A DNA stretch of 64,000 nt, taken from the IMG/VR virus record IMGVR_UViG_3300045988_019421, positions 1-64,000 of that record; one strand, 5' to 3'. Below are positions 15,869-24,628 of this stretch, in pieces. Both the position numbers and the translations under genes were made by a program. This DNA comes from a virus. The notes beneath the pieces are model-generated. The model made no database searches, had not been told where the DNA came from, and was given only the letters and a program-made list of their open reading frames with translations. Position 1 is the stretch's first letter; every line of letters begins with the position of its first letter.

Positions 15869-18056
15869 ATAAAGTATTTCTCATTCCATAGTATTTCTTA
15901 ACTAAACGTTTACCTTTACCTTTATTATTACGACTTTGCTCTATTGGTTCTATAATAGTCATAGCTTCATTATAATAATATAAGTAATTAACATTTAATT
16001 CAGATATATCAGTATCATCAACAGTATTACATATAGAAACACGTTGACCTGCACATAGAGAACTTTTATTAACTTGTTCTTCGTTACGCTCATTCCAGCC
16101 CATACTCTCGACTTTCATCAATGTTCCCCCCGTAGAGGAGATGTAAAACCTTGTATTCCTTTGCACTATATCTGTTACTATCTTTCCGTCTACAACATGA
16201 GTAAACTCTAGTCTATACTTATGATTAACATTTTGAGTACGACAGAAATCAAGAATAGATTTAGCATTTCTAAGAGTTTCCATTACAGGAGTTCCATTAA
16301 TAAAGTATTCAGTAACACATTTAGCTACAATAGGAGAATTATATCCTTTAGATAAATCCTCTAAGAACATCTTAGGATTCATTCTACCTTTGAACTTACT
16401 ACTTCCACCACGTTTAACAGTAAGATAACTATTAACGCCTTCGGTTACATACTTTGTATAATATGTAAATTCTAGCTCTAACCCTAGATGTTTCTCCCAC
16501 CAATGACAAATATCATCAGCAGTTTGTTCTAATTCTCTAGGAACAATAGTTACAATACCATCTGTATTAGCACTTATAACATGAATACCTGCAAGTTCAA
16601 GTTTCTCTATTAACATCAATAAAAATAACTGACCGTTAATAGTAACTTGATACATTGCTTTCTTGTCACATAAGAAAGACTTTTCACTTCCCATTTTACC
16701 AAATATACCAGCATTTGCTACAATCTTTAGACAAGCAGCAGCAGTAGCATGTTTATCTCTCTCCATAACATCAAGAGATTTATCTTTGGCTAAATGTTTA
16801 TGTTCTAGTCGTTCATCAACAATAGTATCAGCTATACGAAACCATGCTTTAGGAATAAGGTGTTTCTGACATACTTTAAGACTACGTATCATATTAGGAT
16901 AATAACTTGCAACATCTCTGTCAACAATAATACTATCAGAATTTTCAACATATACAGCTGGAATCTCATTTGAATGTAGACCCCCAGTTGCGATGGTATA
17001 GGACGTGCCCATAAAGGTAAATTCTCGGTCAAATTCGCCCTTTTCTCCACGTAAGGTAAGGGAACGTATGCCTGACAAAATATCGTTCAATTCAGGGGTC
17101 GAAAATGCGATTTTATCTGACAAGATTTCGGAAACCAAGATTTTCCTACGTATTGTCTTAGTATCAATGAAGGCTTTAGGATGTAGACCAGTAAATTTAC
17201 TATATAGTTTAACAATAACTTTATCAGCTACTGTACTTCTACTAGCAGAATATACATCTACCTTATATTCTTCACTAATACGATACCTTAAAAGAACTTC
17301 TTCCTGATTCATTCTGATTAGCTCGGCAACAATATATACATCATTGTCATTATAATCAGCCATTTCATTAAGATATTCTCTAGGAATAAATCGCTCAAAT
17401 ACATTACGATAATGAATATTAAGTTCTCTATCAGTCATTCCCTTTGCTTCGGGTAATCTCTCGTGATAATAATGTCTATCTAAATCACCAATAGGTGGCA
17501 TAGTATACTCTTTTAGATTATACCATTTAATATTAATAGAAGTCTGTTTAAGACTTTTATGATAATGGTCTAGCCTAAAGATTTGGAATAAATCCAAGTC
17601 TCGAAATGCTACGTTATTGCGTAATATAAGAGAAGTGAAGTTATCAGTCCAAAGAGTATCATTATTAGAACTACGAATAACTCTCTGTGATGTTTCATAT
17701 AAGAATGTGATTAACTTACTAGGCTTATCAAATTGATTATAATACATGAGCAATGCACTCAACATTAAGCGGTCGTAACGCCTGTTGTTATATCCAAAGT
17801 AATCAGCTTTGTTTTGAAGAAAGGAAAGTAAACTAAATAAGTCTTTATCGTCATCTTCGTATAATACAAATCTAACTTTCTTTATCTTATCTAATCTAGC
17901 TTTTAATTCACTAACTTTTAAACAATCTATTATAGGAATGGCTTTACCTTCATTATCTACACAATCTGAAAAAGTACGCAAATATTCTCTTAATGAAACA
18001 AAAACAACAGAGAAATAGTTTCTAGTTACCTCAACATCATAAACAAGAGACATCAT
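15861..18056 (-). CDS. family B DNA polymerase
   Basis: Exo I VYDVEVT; Exo II YNDNDVYIVAEL; motif A DVASYYPNMI; motif B KIVANAGIFGKMG; motif C ISANTDGIV. The ORF is uninterrupted. Confidence 0.9.
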   Translation of the reverse strand: MMSLVYDVEVTRNYFSVVFVSLREYLRTFSDCVDNEGKAIPIIDCLKVSELKARLDKIKKVRFVLYEDDDKDLFSLLSFLQNKADYFGYNNRRYDRLMLSALLMYYNQFDKPSKLITFLYETSQRVIRSSNNDTLWTDNFTSLILRNNVAFRDLDLFQIFRLDHYHKSLKQTSINIKWYNLKEYTMPPIGDLDRHYYHERLPEAKGMTDRELNIHYRNVFERFIPREYLNEMADYNDNDVYIVAELIRMNQEEVLLRYRISEEYKVDVYSASRSTVADKVIVKLYSKFTGLHPKAFIDTKTIRRKILVSEILSDKIAFSTPELNDILSGIRSLTLRGEKGEFDREFTFMGTSYTIATGGLHSNEIPAVYVENSDSIIVDRDVASYYPNMIRSLKVCQKHLIPKAWFRIADTIVDERLEHKHLAKDKSLDVMERDKHATAAACLKIVANAGIFGKMGSEKSFLCDKKAMYQVTINGQLFLLMLIEKLELAGIHVISANTDGIVTIVPRELEQTADDICHWWEKHLGLELEFTYYTKYVTEGVNSYLTVKRGGSSKFKGRMNPKMFLEDLSKGYNSPIVAKCVTEYFINGTPVMETLRNAKSILDFCRTQNVNHKYRLEFTHVVDGKIVTDIVQRNTRFYISSTGGTLMKVESMGWNERNEEQVNKSSLCAGQRVSICNTVDDTDISELNVNYLYYYNEAMTIIEPIEQSRNNKGKGKRLVKKYYGMRNTLFD
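16125..16140 (-). repeat. M7: motif copy, reverse (6 C)
   Basis: tccccccgtagaggag. In the polymerase CDS, read as SSTGG. Confidence 0.75.
17007..17018 (-). repeat. M8: degenerate motif copy, reverse
   Basis: gcccataaaggt. In the polymerase CDS, read as TFMGT. Weak match. Confidence 0.3.
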
Positions 18057-18058
18057 AG

Positions 18059-18640
18059 CTATAATATTATATAATCATTATTACCAAGTTTATCTATCTC
18101 TTCTTTATTAGCTAATCTAAACTTATATCCATAAGAATAATTTTGTTTATTAGCAACACATCTTTGAATAGAAGCAAATTCAAATCTATTAACTTTAGAA
18201 GCCATTAAAATACCTCTATAAATACCGATAAGATTATTATCTTTATCTAATTGAGATATTATGTAAGCTACTTTATCTCTCCTTCTTTTAATCCTATCTC
18301 CATATAGATTATTATATAGAACTGTACACCATTCAAGATTATCTATACTATTGTTAGATTTGTTTTCATCTTTATGGTTAATACAAGGATAATTATTAGG
18401 ATTAGGGATAAATGCTTCTGCAACTAACCTATGAACTAAGAATCTTTTATAATTATTCTTATAAGTAAGAGTAACAGCAATATATCCACGAGAATCTTTA
18501 AACTTAGATATAATATTACCTTTAAAATGTTGTTTAACTCCATCTTTTCCAATAACACTTCTATCTATACTTCTAACATTTCCAAGACTACTAACTTCGT
18601 AACCTTTTAAATCTTTAATAGATTTCCAAATTTCTTCCAT
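18059..18640 (-). CDS. HNH homing endonuclease (NUMOD4 + HNH_3-like)
   Basis: WKSIKDLKGYEVSSLGNVRS (NUMOD4-like), then INHKDENKSNNSIDNLEW (HNH). It is free-standing between the polymerase and the helicase. Confidence 0.8.
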   Translation of the reverse strand: MEEIWKSIKDLKGYEVSSLGNVRSIDRSVIGKDGVKQHFKGNIISKFKDSRGYIAVTLTYKNNYKRFLVHRLVAEAFIPNPNNYPCINHKDENKSNNSIDNLEWCTVLYNNLYGDRIKRRRDKVAYIISQLDKDNNLIGIYRGILMASKVNRFEFASIQRCVANKQNYSYGYKFRLANKEEIDKLGNNDYIIL

Positions 18641-18653
18641 ACTTATACTTTAT

Positions 18654-20111
18654 TTATTGTCCATAACACAAATATAAACGATTTTTACATCTACTACAAG
18701 CTGTATATAATCTACGAAGGGTTTCATCTATATTTCCCCAAGGATTACCAGTTCTAGTATCAAATACAATATCATTTATGTCTACATACACATCAGCATA
18801 AGTACTTCCTTGTGCTTTATTTGCAGTAAGAGCAAAACCATAATCTAAATCACGACTGAATTTTATCTTATTAGTAGCTTTATCTAATAGATTAACTAAT
18901 AATAAGTTTCTTTCCCTAAATTCATAGTATTCTTTCCAACGTTTAGTTCTATTATATTTATCAGCATTAATAGCATTATAAATATAAGATTCACCTAACT
19001 TATAATAAAGCATAGCATTATTAAAATCAGAATGGTCTACTACAAATAAAGGCTTAGTTCTATTACCACCATTAACTCGTATGAAGGTTACATTAAATCC
19101 ATGAATATTATCTCTATTAGTAAAGTTCTTAATATCATGTATTATATAATCTTCGGAATTAATAATAATAGGTTCTTTAAAATCATCAATAAAAGTATTA
19201 TAAGACATTACTAAATCATTCTTAGTTAGAATTGCTTTACCACTATCTTCAATAATATTCTTACGAATGAATTTATTCCAGTCAGACACAGATTTATTAG
19301 TATAAGTAACTAGACGACAAGTATCAACATCTCTAGTAAATTCTTCATTATAAAATCCGTCTATTACAAGAGATTGAAACTCAAATGCACCACAAGTATA
19401 ATATCCTTTAGTTTGAGTAGAATCAAAAGCATACCGATTTCTATTGATAAACTCTAGGAACTTCCAAGTTCTATTATCAATATCCTTTCTCAATATCCTT
19501 AATAATTCACTAACAGGATTACTTTCTTCTTGTCTTACAATCTGTCTAAGAGTATAAAACTTAATATTATCGAAACAACGTGAGCGAGTTTCTTTAACTG
19601 GCTGGAGCTGGTGCACATCACCCATGTAAATCAACATGCACTTAAACTGTTCACATTCTCTTTCTATCAGAGTTTTAAGATTAATACCAATCATAGATGC
19701 TTCATCAACAATATATAATTTATATTGTTTAATCTTCTTTTCAGCTAAAGGGTCAAAAGGAGGATTATTAACATCAAAATCAGTAACATCTGTATTAAGT
19801 CTTAAACCTAAGTCACTAGCAACAGTAGATGTAGCATATCCAGTAGACAAACGAAGAACACGAGTAGCTTTATGAGTAGGAGCAGCAAGTCCAATAACAG
19901 ATTTAGCTAAACCACATCTCTTTATTACTTCACGTATCATATATGTTTTTCCAGTACCCGCAGAACCAATAAGAGCACGTTTATAATCGCCTTCAACATA
20001 ACCTTTTTCTATAAAGGCTACAAGATTCTCATAAGCAATCTTTTGGTCACGAGTAAAACTATTTAAGACACTATCATCTTTCTTAGCATCATCAAACTTT
20101 TCAAAATTCAT
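18654..20111 (-). CDS. SF1 DNA helicase (Dda/RecD/Pif1-like)
   Basis: Walker A GSAGTGKTYM, Walker B IVDEASMI, GDVHQLQPV, and C-terminal ALTANKAQGSTYADVYV and YTACSRCKNRL. Confidence 0.9.
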   Translation of the reverse strand: MNFEKFDDAKKDDSVLNSFTRDQKIAYENLVAFIEKGYVEGDYKRALIGSAGTGKTYMIREVIKRCGLAKSVIGLAAPTHKATRVLRLSTGYATSTVASDLGLRLNTDVTDFDVNNPPFDPLAEKKIKQYKLYIVDEASMIGINLKTLIERECEQFKCMLIYMGDVHQLQPVKETRSRCFDNIKFYTLRQIVRQEESNPVSELLRILRKDIDNRTWKFLEFINRNRYAFDSTQTKGYYTCGAFEFQSLVIDGFYNEEFTRDVDTCRLVTYTNKSVSDWNKFIRKNIIEDSGKAILTKNDLVMSYNTFIDDFKEPIIINSEDYIIHDIKNFTNRDNIHGFNVTFIRVNGGNRTKPLFVVDHSDFNNAMLYYKLGESYIYNAINADKYNRTKRWKEYYEFRERNLLLVNLLDKATNKIKFSRDLDYGFALTANKAQGSTYADVYVDINDIVFDTRTGNPWGNIDETLRRLYTACSRCKNRLYLCYGQ

Positions 20112-20466
20112 TGCATTTCAATAAAAATTTATCAATATTATCACGACATTTAAGAATATAACCTTTAACTGGTAATCCTATCTTAAATGGAATATAACAA
20201 TTAGGCATAGTACAATAAGCATCAGTACATCTAACAATCTTAGTAGGTCTACCATGACTATCTAGTGCACGAGTATATATTGTCTTAAAACCTTTACATG
20301 AGTACGAACGTTCAGATAACATAATAAGTTCATCACTATCTTTAGGTTTAAACTTATACATGTTATCATGTAGAACAATAGTTCCAGTAACAATCTGCAT
20401 TATTACTTTCTCACGAGGAATTTTCTGTTCCTCATTTACCGCTGATAGTTTGAAACTTAATCCCAT
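20101..20466 (-). CDS. hypothetical protein (121 aa)
   Basis: ORF track; overlaps the helicase start. Confidence 0.6.
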   Translation of the reverse strand: MGLSFKLSAVNEEQKIPREKVIMQIVTGTIVLHDNMYKFKPKDSDELIMLSERSYSCKGFKTIYTRALDSHGRPTKIVRCTDAYCTMPNCYIPFKIGLPVKGYILKCRDNIDKFLLKCNEF

Positions 20467-20470
20467 AATA

Positions 20471-20722
20471 TTAAGGTTTAACTATTTGATTAGGAGAATA
20501 CTGTCTATAATATGGACCTCTACGAGGAAATATCTTATACTTATCAGTATTCATAATTCTAGATAATGGAGTAATTTCACAACATCTATTACTATGAACA
20601 TCTACGATAATACAATGATAAGAATCAGTATCCATATCATGAGAAATAACAGCTTTAAGTCCTTCAAAATATACATCAAAAGTACTATCAGGATTAACAC
20701 ATTGTTTTAAATCTACAACCAT
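20471..20722 (-). CDS. hypothetical protein (83 aa)
   Basis: I prefer the internal ATG at 20722 (MVVDLKQC...), which abuts the upstream stop at 20724. Confidence 0.55.
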   Translation of the reverse strand: MVVDLKQCVNPDSTFDVYFEGLKAVISHDMDTDSYHCIIVDVHSNRCCEITPLSRIMNTDKYKIFPRRGPYYRQYSPNQIVKP

Positions 20723-20723
20723 A

Positions 20724-21092
20724 TTAATTAGCTTTAGTTTTATATATTTCGTATAACTTAGTAAATTCATCAGAAGGCATACATACAATAGGAGTATTAG
20801 TATGCATTTGGTCTTTAGGAACAATACAATTTCTAGCAGTAACTATTCTATCATCTTCAACAAATATAGTTTCAAGAACTAAACAATTACCACCATCTAG
20901 TATTTCCTTACACTTAGGACAAACATATATCTTGTCTGTACCAAATACAATAAGCTCATCACCACAAACTAGACATTTACCAGTTGTGACAATGAGCTTA
21001 CCATTATCTTGTTTAAACTCGTTTAACTTCGGCATGACTAGGAATACGTCTCCTTTCTTCCATTTTAACGAGTTTAACACTTTCAAATACAT
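20724..21092 (-). CDS. hypothetical zinc-ribbon protein (122 aa)
   Basis: CLVCGDE...CPKC pair. Confidence 0.6.
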   Translation of the reverse strand: MYLKVLNSLKWKKGDVFLVMPKLNEFKQDNGKLIVTTGKCLVCGDELIVFGTDKIYVCPKCKEILDGGNCLVLETIFVEDDRIVTARNCIVPKDQMHTNTPIVCMPSDEFTKLYEIYKTKAN

Positions 21093-21159
21093 TAAGAGTA
21101 AAAGCTACTAATTTATAGCTCTTTTCTTGTCTTCTAAGTTTTACTTTCTTTTTAATCAT
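21013..21159 (-). CDS. possible small basic protein (48 aa, below track cutoff)
   Basis: Translated codon by codon as MIKKKVKLRRQEKSYKLVAFTLNVFESVKLVKMEERRRIPSHAEVKRV. It overlaps the 5' end of 20724..21092 in another frame. Confidence 0.2.
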   Translation of the reverse strand: MIKKKVKLRRQEKSYKLVAFTLNVFESVKLVKMEERRRIPSHAEVKRV

Positions 21160-21178
21160 TACGTTTAGTATTTAATTA

Positions 21179-21517
21179 TTATTTAATAGGAGCATCTGAC
21201 CGCTCCGCTTCGCTCCGCTTTTCTCCCCCGTAAAGGGGTGACATTTCTTGTACTTTCTTCTTTATTTCATTTAGAATCTTACAATTGAAAGTAATAGTTT
21301 CATTACTATATAAAGTTTTACTATAAAGCTCTTTAATATCATTATTATTAGATTCATAAATGAATAAATAAAAAGAAATACAATAAATCGGTTTAATATC
21401 ACTACCATGTGAACTAGTATAAATATCTATTGTTCTCCGATTATCATCACTATCAATAACAAATACTTGTAATTTTTGAAGTTCTCTAAGTAGTTTAATA
21501 AATTCTTTTTTACTCAT
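21179..21517 (-). CDS. hypothetical protein (112 aa) whose C-terminus is encoded by composite motif copy M9
   Basis: ORF track. The last 20 codons (SPLYGGEKRSEAERSDAPIK) lie in the GC-rich composite element at 21189-21244. Confidence 0.6.
   Translation of the reverse strand: MSKKEFIKLLRELQKLQVFVIDSDDNRRTIDIYTSSHGSDIKPIYCISFYLFIYESNNNDIKELYSKTLYSNETITFNCKILNEIKKKVQEMSPLYGGEKRSEAERSDAPIK
21189..21244 (-). repeat. M9: composite motif copy, reverse
   Basis: ggagcatctgaccgctccgcttcgctccgcttttc tcccccgtaaagggg tgacat. The reverse complement aligns with M10 and M12. Confidence 0.85.
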
Positions 21518-21546
21518 GTCGGTATATAGTTTTAATTAATAATCAT

Positions 21547-21572
21547 AGAAAAGGAGCAGACGCTTCTGCTCC
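21547..21572 (-). terminator. hairpin plus short T-run (minus strand)
   Basis: Perfect 8-bp GC-rich stem GGAGCAGA / TCTGCTCC with loop CGCT. TTTTC follows on the minus strand. It sits only ~30 nt upstream of the 21517 start. Confidence 0.6.
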
Positions 21573-21604
21573 ATGTTAAATAATTAATATTTATAAAAGT
21601 CCTA

Positions 21605-21626
21605 ATTCTATCTCACGACAGTAATT
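21605..21626. repeat. TCTCACGA box, copy A
   Basis: attctatctcacgacagtaatt. Identical 22-mer to copy B. Confidence 0.85.
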
Positions 21627-21653
21627 TAACTAGGGGTAAAAATTAAAAGTTTG

Positions 21654-21675
21654 ATTCTATCTCACGACAGTAATT
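21654..21675. repeat. TCTCACGA box, copy B
   Basis: attctatctcacgacagtaatt. Confidence 0.85.
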
Positions 21676-21805
21676 AATAAACTTGTATTAAACACAAATA
21701 CTATGTATTTATAGCTGACATTTTACGAAGAGGATTTCCCTTACTTCAACCATTTGGTTAATGTTTCAACTTAGATTAGTCATCATCAGAGCTATCAGAA
21801 TAAGT

Positions 21806-21835
21806 AATAGTACGATTCTCACGAACAGTACTATT
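21806..21835. repeat. stem-loop C with a conserved 14-nt loop
   Basis: aatagtac gattctcacgaaca gtactatt (perfect 8-bp stem). Confidence 0.8.
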
Positions 21836-21857
21836 CAATTAATAATTCCATAAAACC

Positions 21858-21889
21858 AATAGCTATAATTCTCACGAACAATAGTTATT
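21858..21889. repeat. stem-loop D with a conserved 14-nt loop
   Basis: aatagctat aattctcacgaaca atagttatt (9-bp stem, one G-T). The stem sequence differs from C but the loop is the same. Confidence 0.8.
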
Positions 21890-21941
21890 ATACTACAATA
21901 CGACAAAATTTTAGTTTAACTAAAACAGACAAAACAAAATA

Positions 21942-22472
21942 TCAATCTTTATATATCTTACGATAATCTACAAAATAATATTTAGGATTAGTTATAATAA
22001 AGTTTTCAACAATATCTGCTGCTTCATTAGGATTATTTCCTTTATAAATATTAATAGGATTTTTTCCTGTAAAAGCATTTCTAAATCTATTATATTTATC
22101 AAGAAAAACTAAATTATCATCAGAAGAATAAAATACAGTGTATACATTATTTTCTTTCTCGTGATACTTCTTACAAAGATTATTATAACCTTCCATTGTT
22201 TTATCACGAAGTTCTTCCATATATTTGACGTAATTAGTCATTATATCATCCCATTGTTCAATAGCTTTAATCTTATCTTCAATAGGATAATCAGCTTCAA
22301 GAATATCATTAAGAAGATTATTTAACTTCTTAACATGGAGACTTTCAACATCATCTTTAAGTGATTCATTAAGTCCACCTTCAATAAACTGTCTACGAAA
22401 TTCTTCTTTAGCTTTAGCTAAAACATCAGAACCCATAGTAGCTGCAAATATTGATTCAATAATTTCTTTCAT
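21942..22472 (-). CDS. hypothetical protein (176 aa)
   Basis: ORF track; flanked by long structured intergenic regions. Confidence 0.65.
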   Translation of the reverse strand: MKEIIESIFAATMGSDVLAKAKEEFRRQFIEGGLNESLKDDVESLHVKKLNNLLNDILEADYPIEDKIKAIEQWDDIMTNYVKYMEELRDKTMEGYNNLCKKYHEKENNVYTVFYSSDDNLVFLDKYNRFRNAFTGKNPINIYKGNNPNEAADIVENFIITNPKYYFVDYRKIYKD

Positions 22473-22499
22473 TATAATAAGTTTTATAAGTTAGACAAT

Positions 22500-22553
22500 A
22501 AAAAACTCTACTAATATTATTCTAATCTCACGACCTGAATAATCTTAATAGAG
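22500..22553 (-). terminator. large-loop hairpin plus T6 (minus strand) enclosing a TCTCACGA box
   Basis: Minus-strand CTCTATTAA / TTAGTAGAG (9 bp, one G-U) with a 30-nt loop, then TTTTTT (A-run at 22500-22505). Confidence 0.4.
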
Positions 22554-22615
22554 TGGAAACCGACATTTATTTAACCCTTTTGTCAGATATTAATTAAATA
22601 GAGTACGTATCGGCA

Positions 22616-22999
22616 TTATACTAAACGTAAAATAATAACTGCAACAGCTTCTAAAGCTACAAGAGAAGCAATAACAAAACCAACAGTATTATACTGTCTT
22701 TTAGCTTTAAGCTCTTCGTAATCTTTATTAGCTTTATCTAACTTAGATTCAAGAAATTTAATGCCGTCTTTAAGAGCTTTATTATTAGCTTCCAATTGAT
22801 TATTAGCAGCACTTAATTTAGAAGACATACTATGAAGAGCTTTATCTTCATTACAAATATTCTCATACATAGCCTTATAATGATTAAGACCAGCATCAGA
22901 CTTTTCATTAGATTTACGTAGACGAATAACTTCTGTCTTTAACTCATTGACAGTAGGACGTTTCTTACTAAGAACATCGACTTCTTTCTTTTCATTCAT
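22616..22999 (-). CDS. hypothetical coiled-coil protein with a C-terminal transmembrane anchor (127 aa)
   Basis: Heptad-like K/E/L-rich body and C-terminal VGFVIASLVALEAVAVIILRLV. Confidence 0.6.
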   Translation of the reverse strand: MNEKKEVDVLSKKRPTVNELKTEVIRLRKSNEKSDAGLNHYKAMYENICNEDKALHSMSSKLSAANNQLEANNKALKDGIKFLESKLDKANKDYEELKAKRQYNTVGFVIASLVALEAVAVIILRLV

Positions 23000-23015
23000 A
23001 ACTATTAGTATTTAA

Positions 23016-23228
23016 TTAATCTTCAATATGAGTTATATCTAAGTCGAGGTCTATGTTATCCTCGCTTAGAGTATTTCCAGTATTCCAATTATTAGCCATT
23101 TCACAGTCGAGATAATCTATATCAGCTACCAAACCACAAATAGGAAATTCTACACCTTCGTCATACATAATCTTAAATTTTGTAATACGGATGCAAGTAT
23201 AGCAATAAATAATGGAAATACCAAACAA
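23016..23228 (-). CDS. hypothetical acidic small protein (70 aa; alternative start at 23168)
   Basis: ORF track; the C-terminal half is strongly acidic. Confidence 0.5.
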   Translation of the reverse strand: MFGISIIYCYTCIRITKFKIMYDEGVEFPICGLVADIDYLDCEMANNWNTGNTLSEDNIDLDLDITHIED

Positions 23229-23240
23229 TAATGATAATAT

Positions 23241-24176
23241 TTAATGAGTATTGCTATAAGTTATATCATCTTTGAATTTATCCATTATATCATAAACTGA
23301 TATATTAGAACAATTCAATAGAGTATTAATAGTATTAGCAGTACGTTGGTCTTTACAAGCAATATTAAAATTATCATAATTGAACTTACGAACAACACTA
23401 GGACTAGCTTTATGAATATAATAAATATCCATAGCAGAGACATTGAAGTCTACAATATCATTTTCATATTTATCTAATACGTCTTTAAGAGATATGTAAT
23501 ATCTACAATCACCAATAGCTCTAGCAGCACTAGCAGTATCTTTAAATCGAATAAAGAAACCGGAATCAATAGAATTACGAATAGTTAGCCATTCAAAATC
23601 TAGCTCGTATTCTTTATATGGTTGAACATAAAGTCTCAAATCATAAAGAGCTCGTCTAAAAACTCTTAAAGCATGAGTTCTTTCAGCTAGTCTAGAAGTC
23701 TTTTCTTCCAATTGTTTATCGAGCTTATCAATATTTTCTTTAGAACGGCTTAATTGAGTATTGAGTTCCTCATTAACTTTAACAGTAGCATTAAGAGTAT
23801 CTTCGATATTCTCTAACTTAATAAGACTATTAGTTTTCTCTTCAATAATCTTATCCTTCTTTAGAATAATATCTTTATATTCATTTTCTTGCTCTTCGAT
23901 TTGATTACGTAATTCGGTAATTCTATTACCGCTATTAGTAAGTTGTCCTTCAAGAAACTTAATACGTTCAGTTAACTCATTATTATTAGATTTAAGAGAT
24001 TCAATCTCATCACAATCTTTAATAGTATAAGTATTGCCTAAATTAGCAATCTCACAAATAGAAGCAAGTGATTGAAAATCTAAATCAATAATACAACCGC
24101 TTTCTTCAACAATAACAACTCCATTAGTATGAGATACAAGAGTTAGATGCTTTTTATCAATTACAATAGCTTTCAT
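23241..24176 (-). CDS. hypothetical coiled-coil protein (311 aa)
   Basis: Central ~130-aa E/K/L/N-rich heptad-like region. Confidence 0.7.
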   Translation of the reverse strand: MKAIVIDKKHLTLVSHTNGVVIVEESGCIIDLDFQSLASICEIANLGNTYTIKDCDEIESLKSNNNELTERIKFLEGQLTNSGNRITELRNQIEEQENEYKDIILKKDKIIEEKTNSLIKLENIEDTLNATVKVNEELNTQLSRSKENIDKLDKQLEEKTSRLAERTHALRVFRRALYDLRLYVQPYKEYELDFEWLTIRNSIDSGFFIRFKDTASAARAIGDCRYYISLKDVLDKYENDIVDFNVSAMDIYYIHKASPSVVRKFNYDNFNIACKDQRTANTINTLLNCSNISVYDIMDKFKDDITYSNTH

Positions 24177-24226
24177 AAATACAAGTATTAATTATTAAGA
24201 ATTTAATTTTAAAAGTAGAATCTATA

Positions 24227-24412
24227 CTATAATAGTATAGTACTATATAGTAGGCGAATAAAACTAATAACTATTATATAAGTTATTATAGTTTGAACTA
24301 AAGAACGAATGATAATAACCTTCTTATAAGAAAGGTAATTAAACATTAAATAACATAGGCATATAACTATCCCAATTAAAGATAGAAATATATGGAACTG
24401 ATAATCTGTCAT
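24227..24412 (-). CDS. hypothetical small membrane protein (61 aa)
   Basis: Two hydrophobic segments. It is one of the first genes of the minus-strand block. Confidence 0.45.
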   Translation of the reverse strand: MTDYQFHIFLSLIGIVICLCYLMFNYLSYKKVIIIRSLVQTIITYIIVISFIRLLYSTILL

Positions 24413-24467
24413 GGTGAAGCAATATCAAATAATATTAAGAATATACATAAAGTAGATGCAACTATTA

Positions 24468-24581
24468 TTAAAGCGAATAATGTAGTAAGAAGAGTAATCT
24501 TAGTGTTAATAAGAAACTCACCGCATTTAATAAGTGCGATAATAAATAGTAATGCTAAGACAATAATATCGTAGTTAGACA
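24468..24581 (-). CDS. possible small hydrophobic protein (37 aa, below track cutoff)
   Basis: Translated codon by codon as MSNYDIIVLALLFISHLLNAVSFLLTLRLLFLLHYSL. It competes with the plus-strand track ORF 24392..24574. Confidence 0.2.
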
Positions 24582-24628
24582 TAATAGTATAAGTTAATAA
24601 GTGGATAAGATAGAGAGCAGAAGAAGTA

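Noticed and set aside
15861-18056. Intron or intein in the DNA polymerase, prompted by the GC-rich patch at 16980-17110 and the adjacent HNH gene
   Set aside because: The polymerase motifs Exo I, Exo II, A, B and C occur in one continuous frame with normal spacing. The GC-rich patch is in frame. The HNH ORF is free-standing and lies outside the gene.
24392-24574. 60-aa plus-strand ORF at the end of the minus-strand block
   Set aside because: It is antisense to the gene train, low-complexity, and competes with a 37-aa minus-strand ORF. Neither is well supported.
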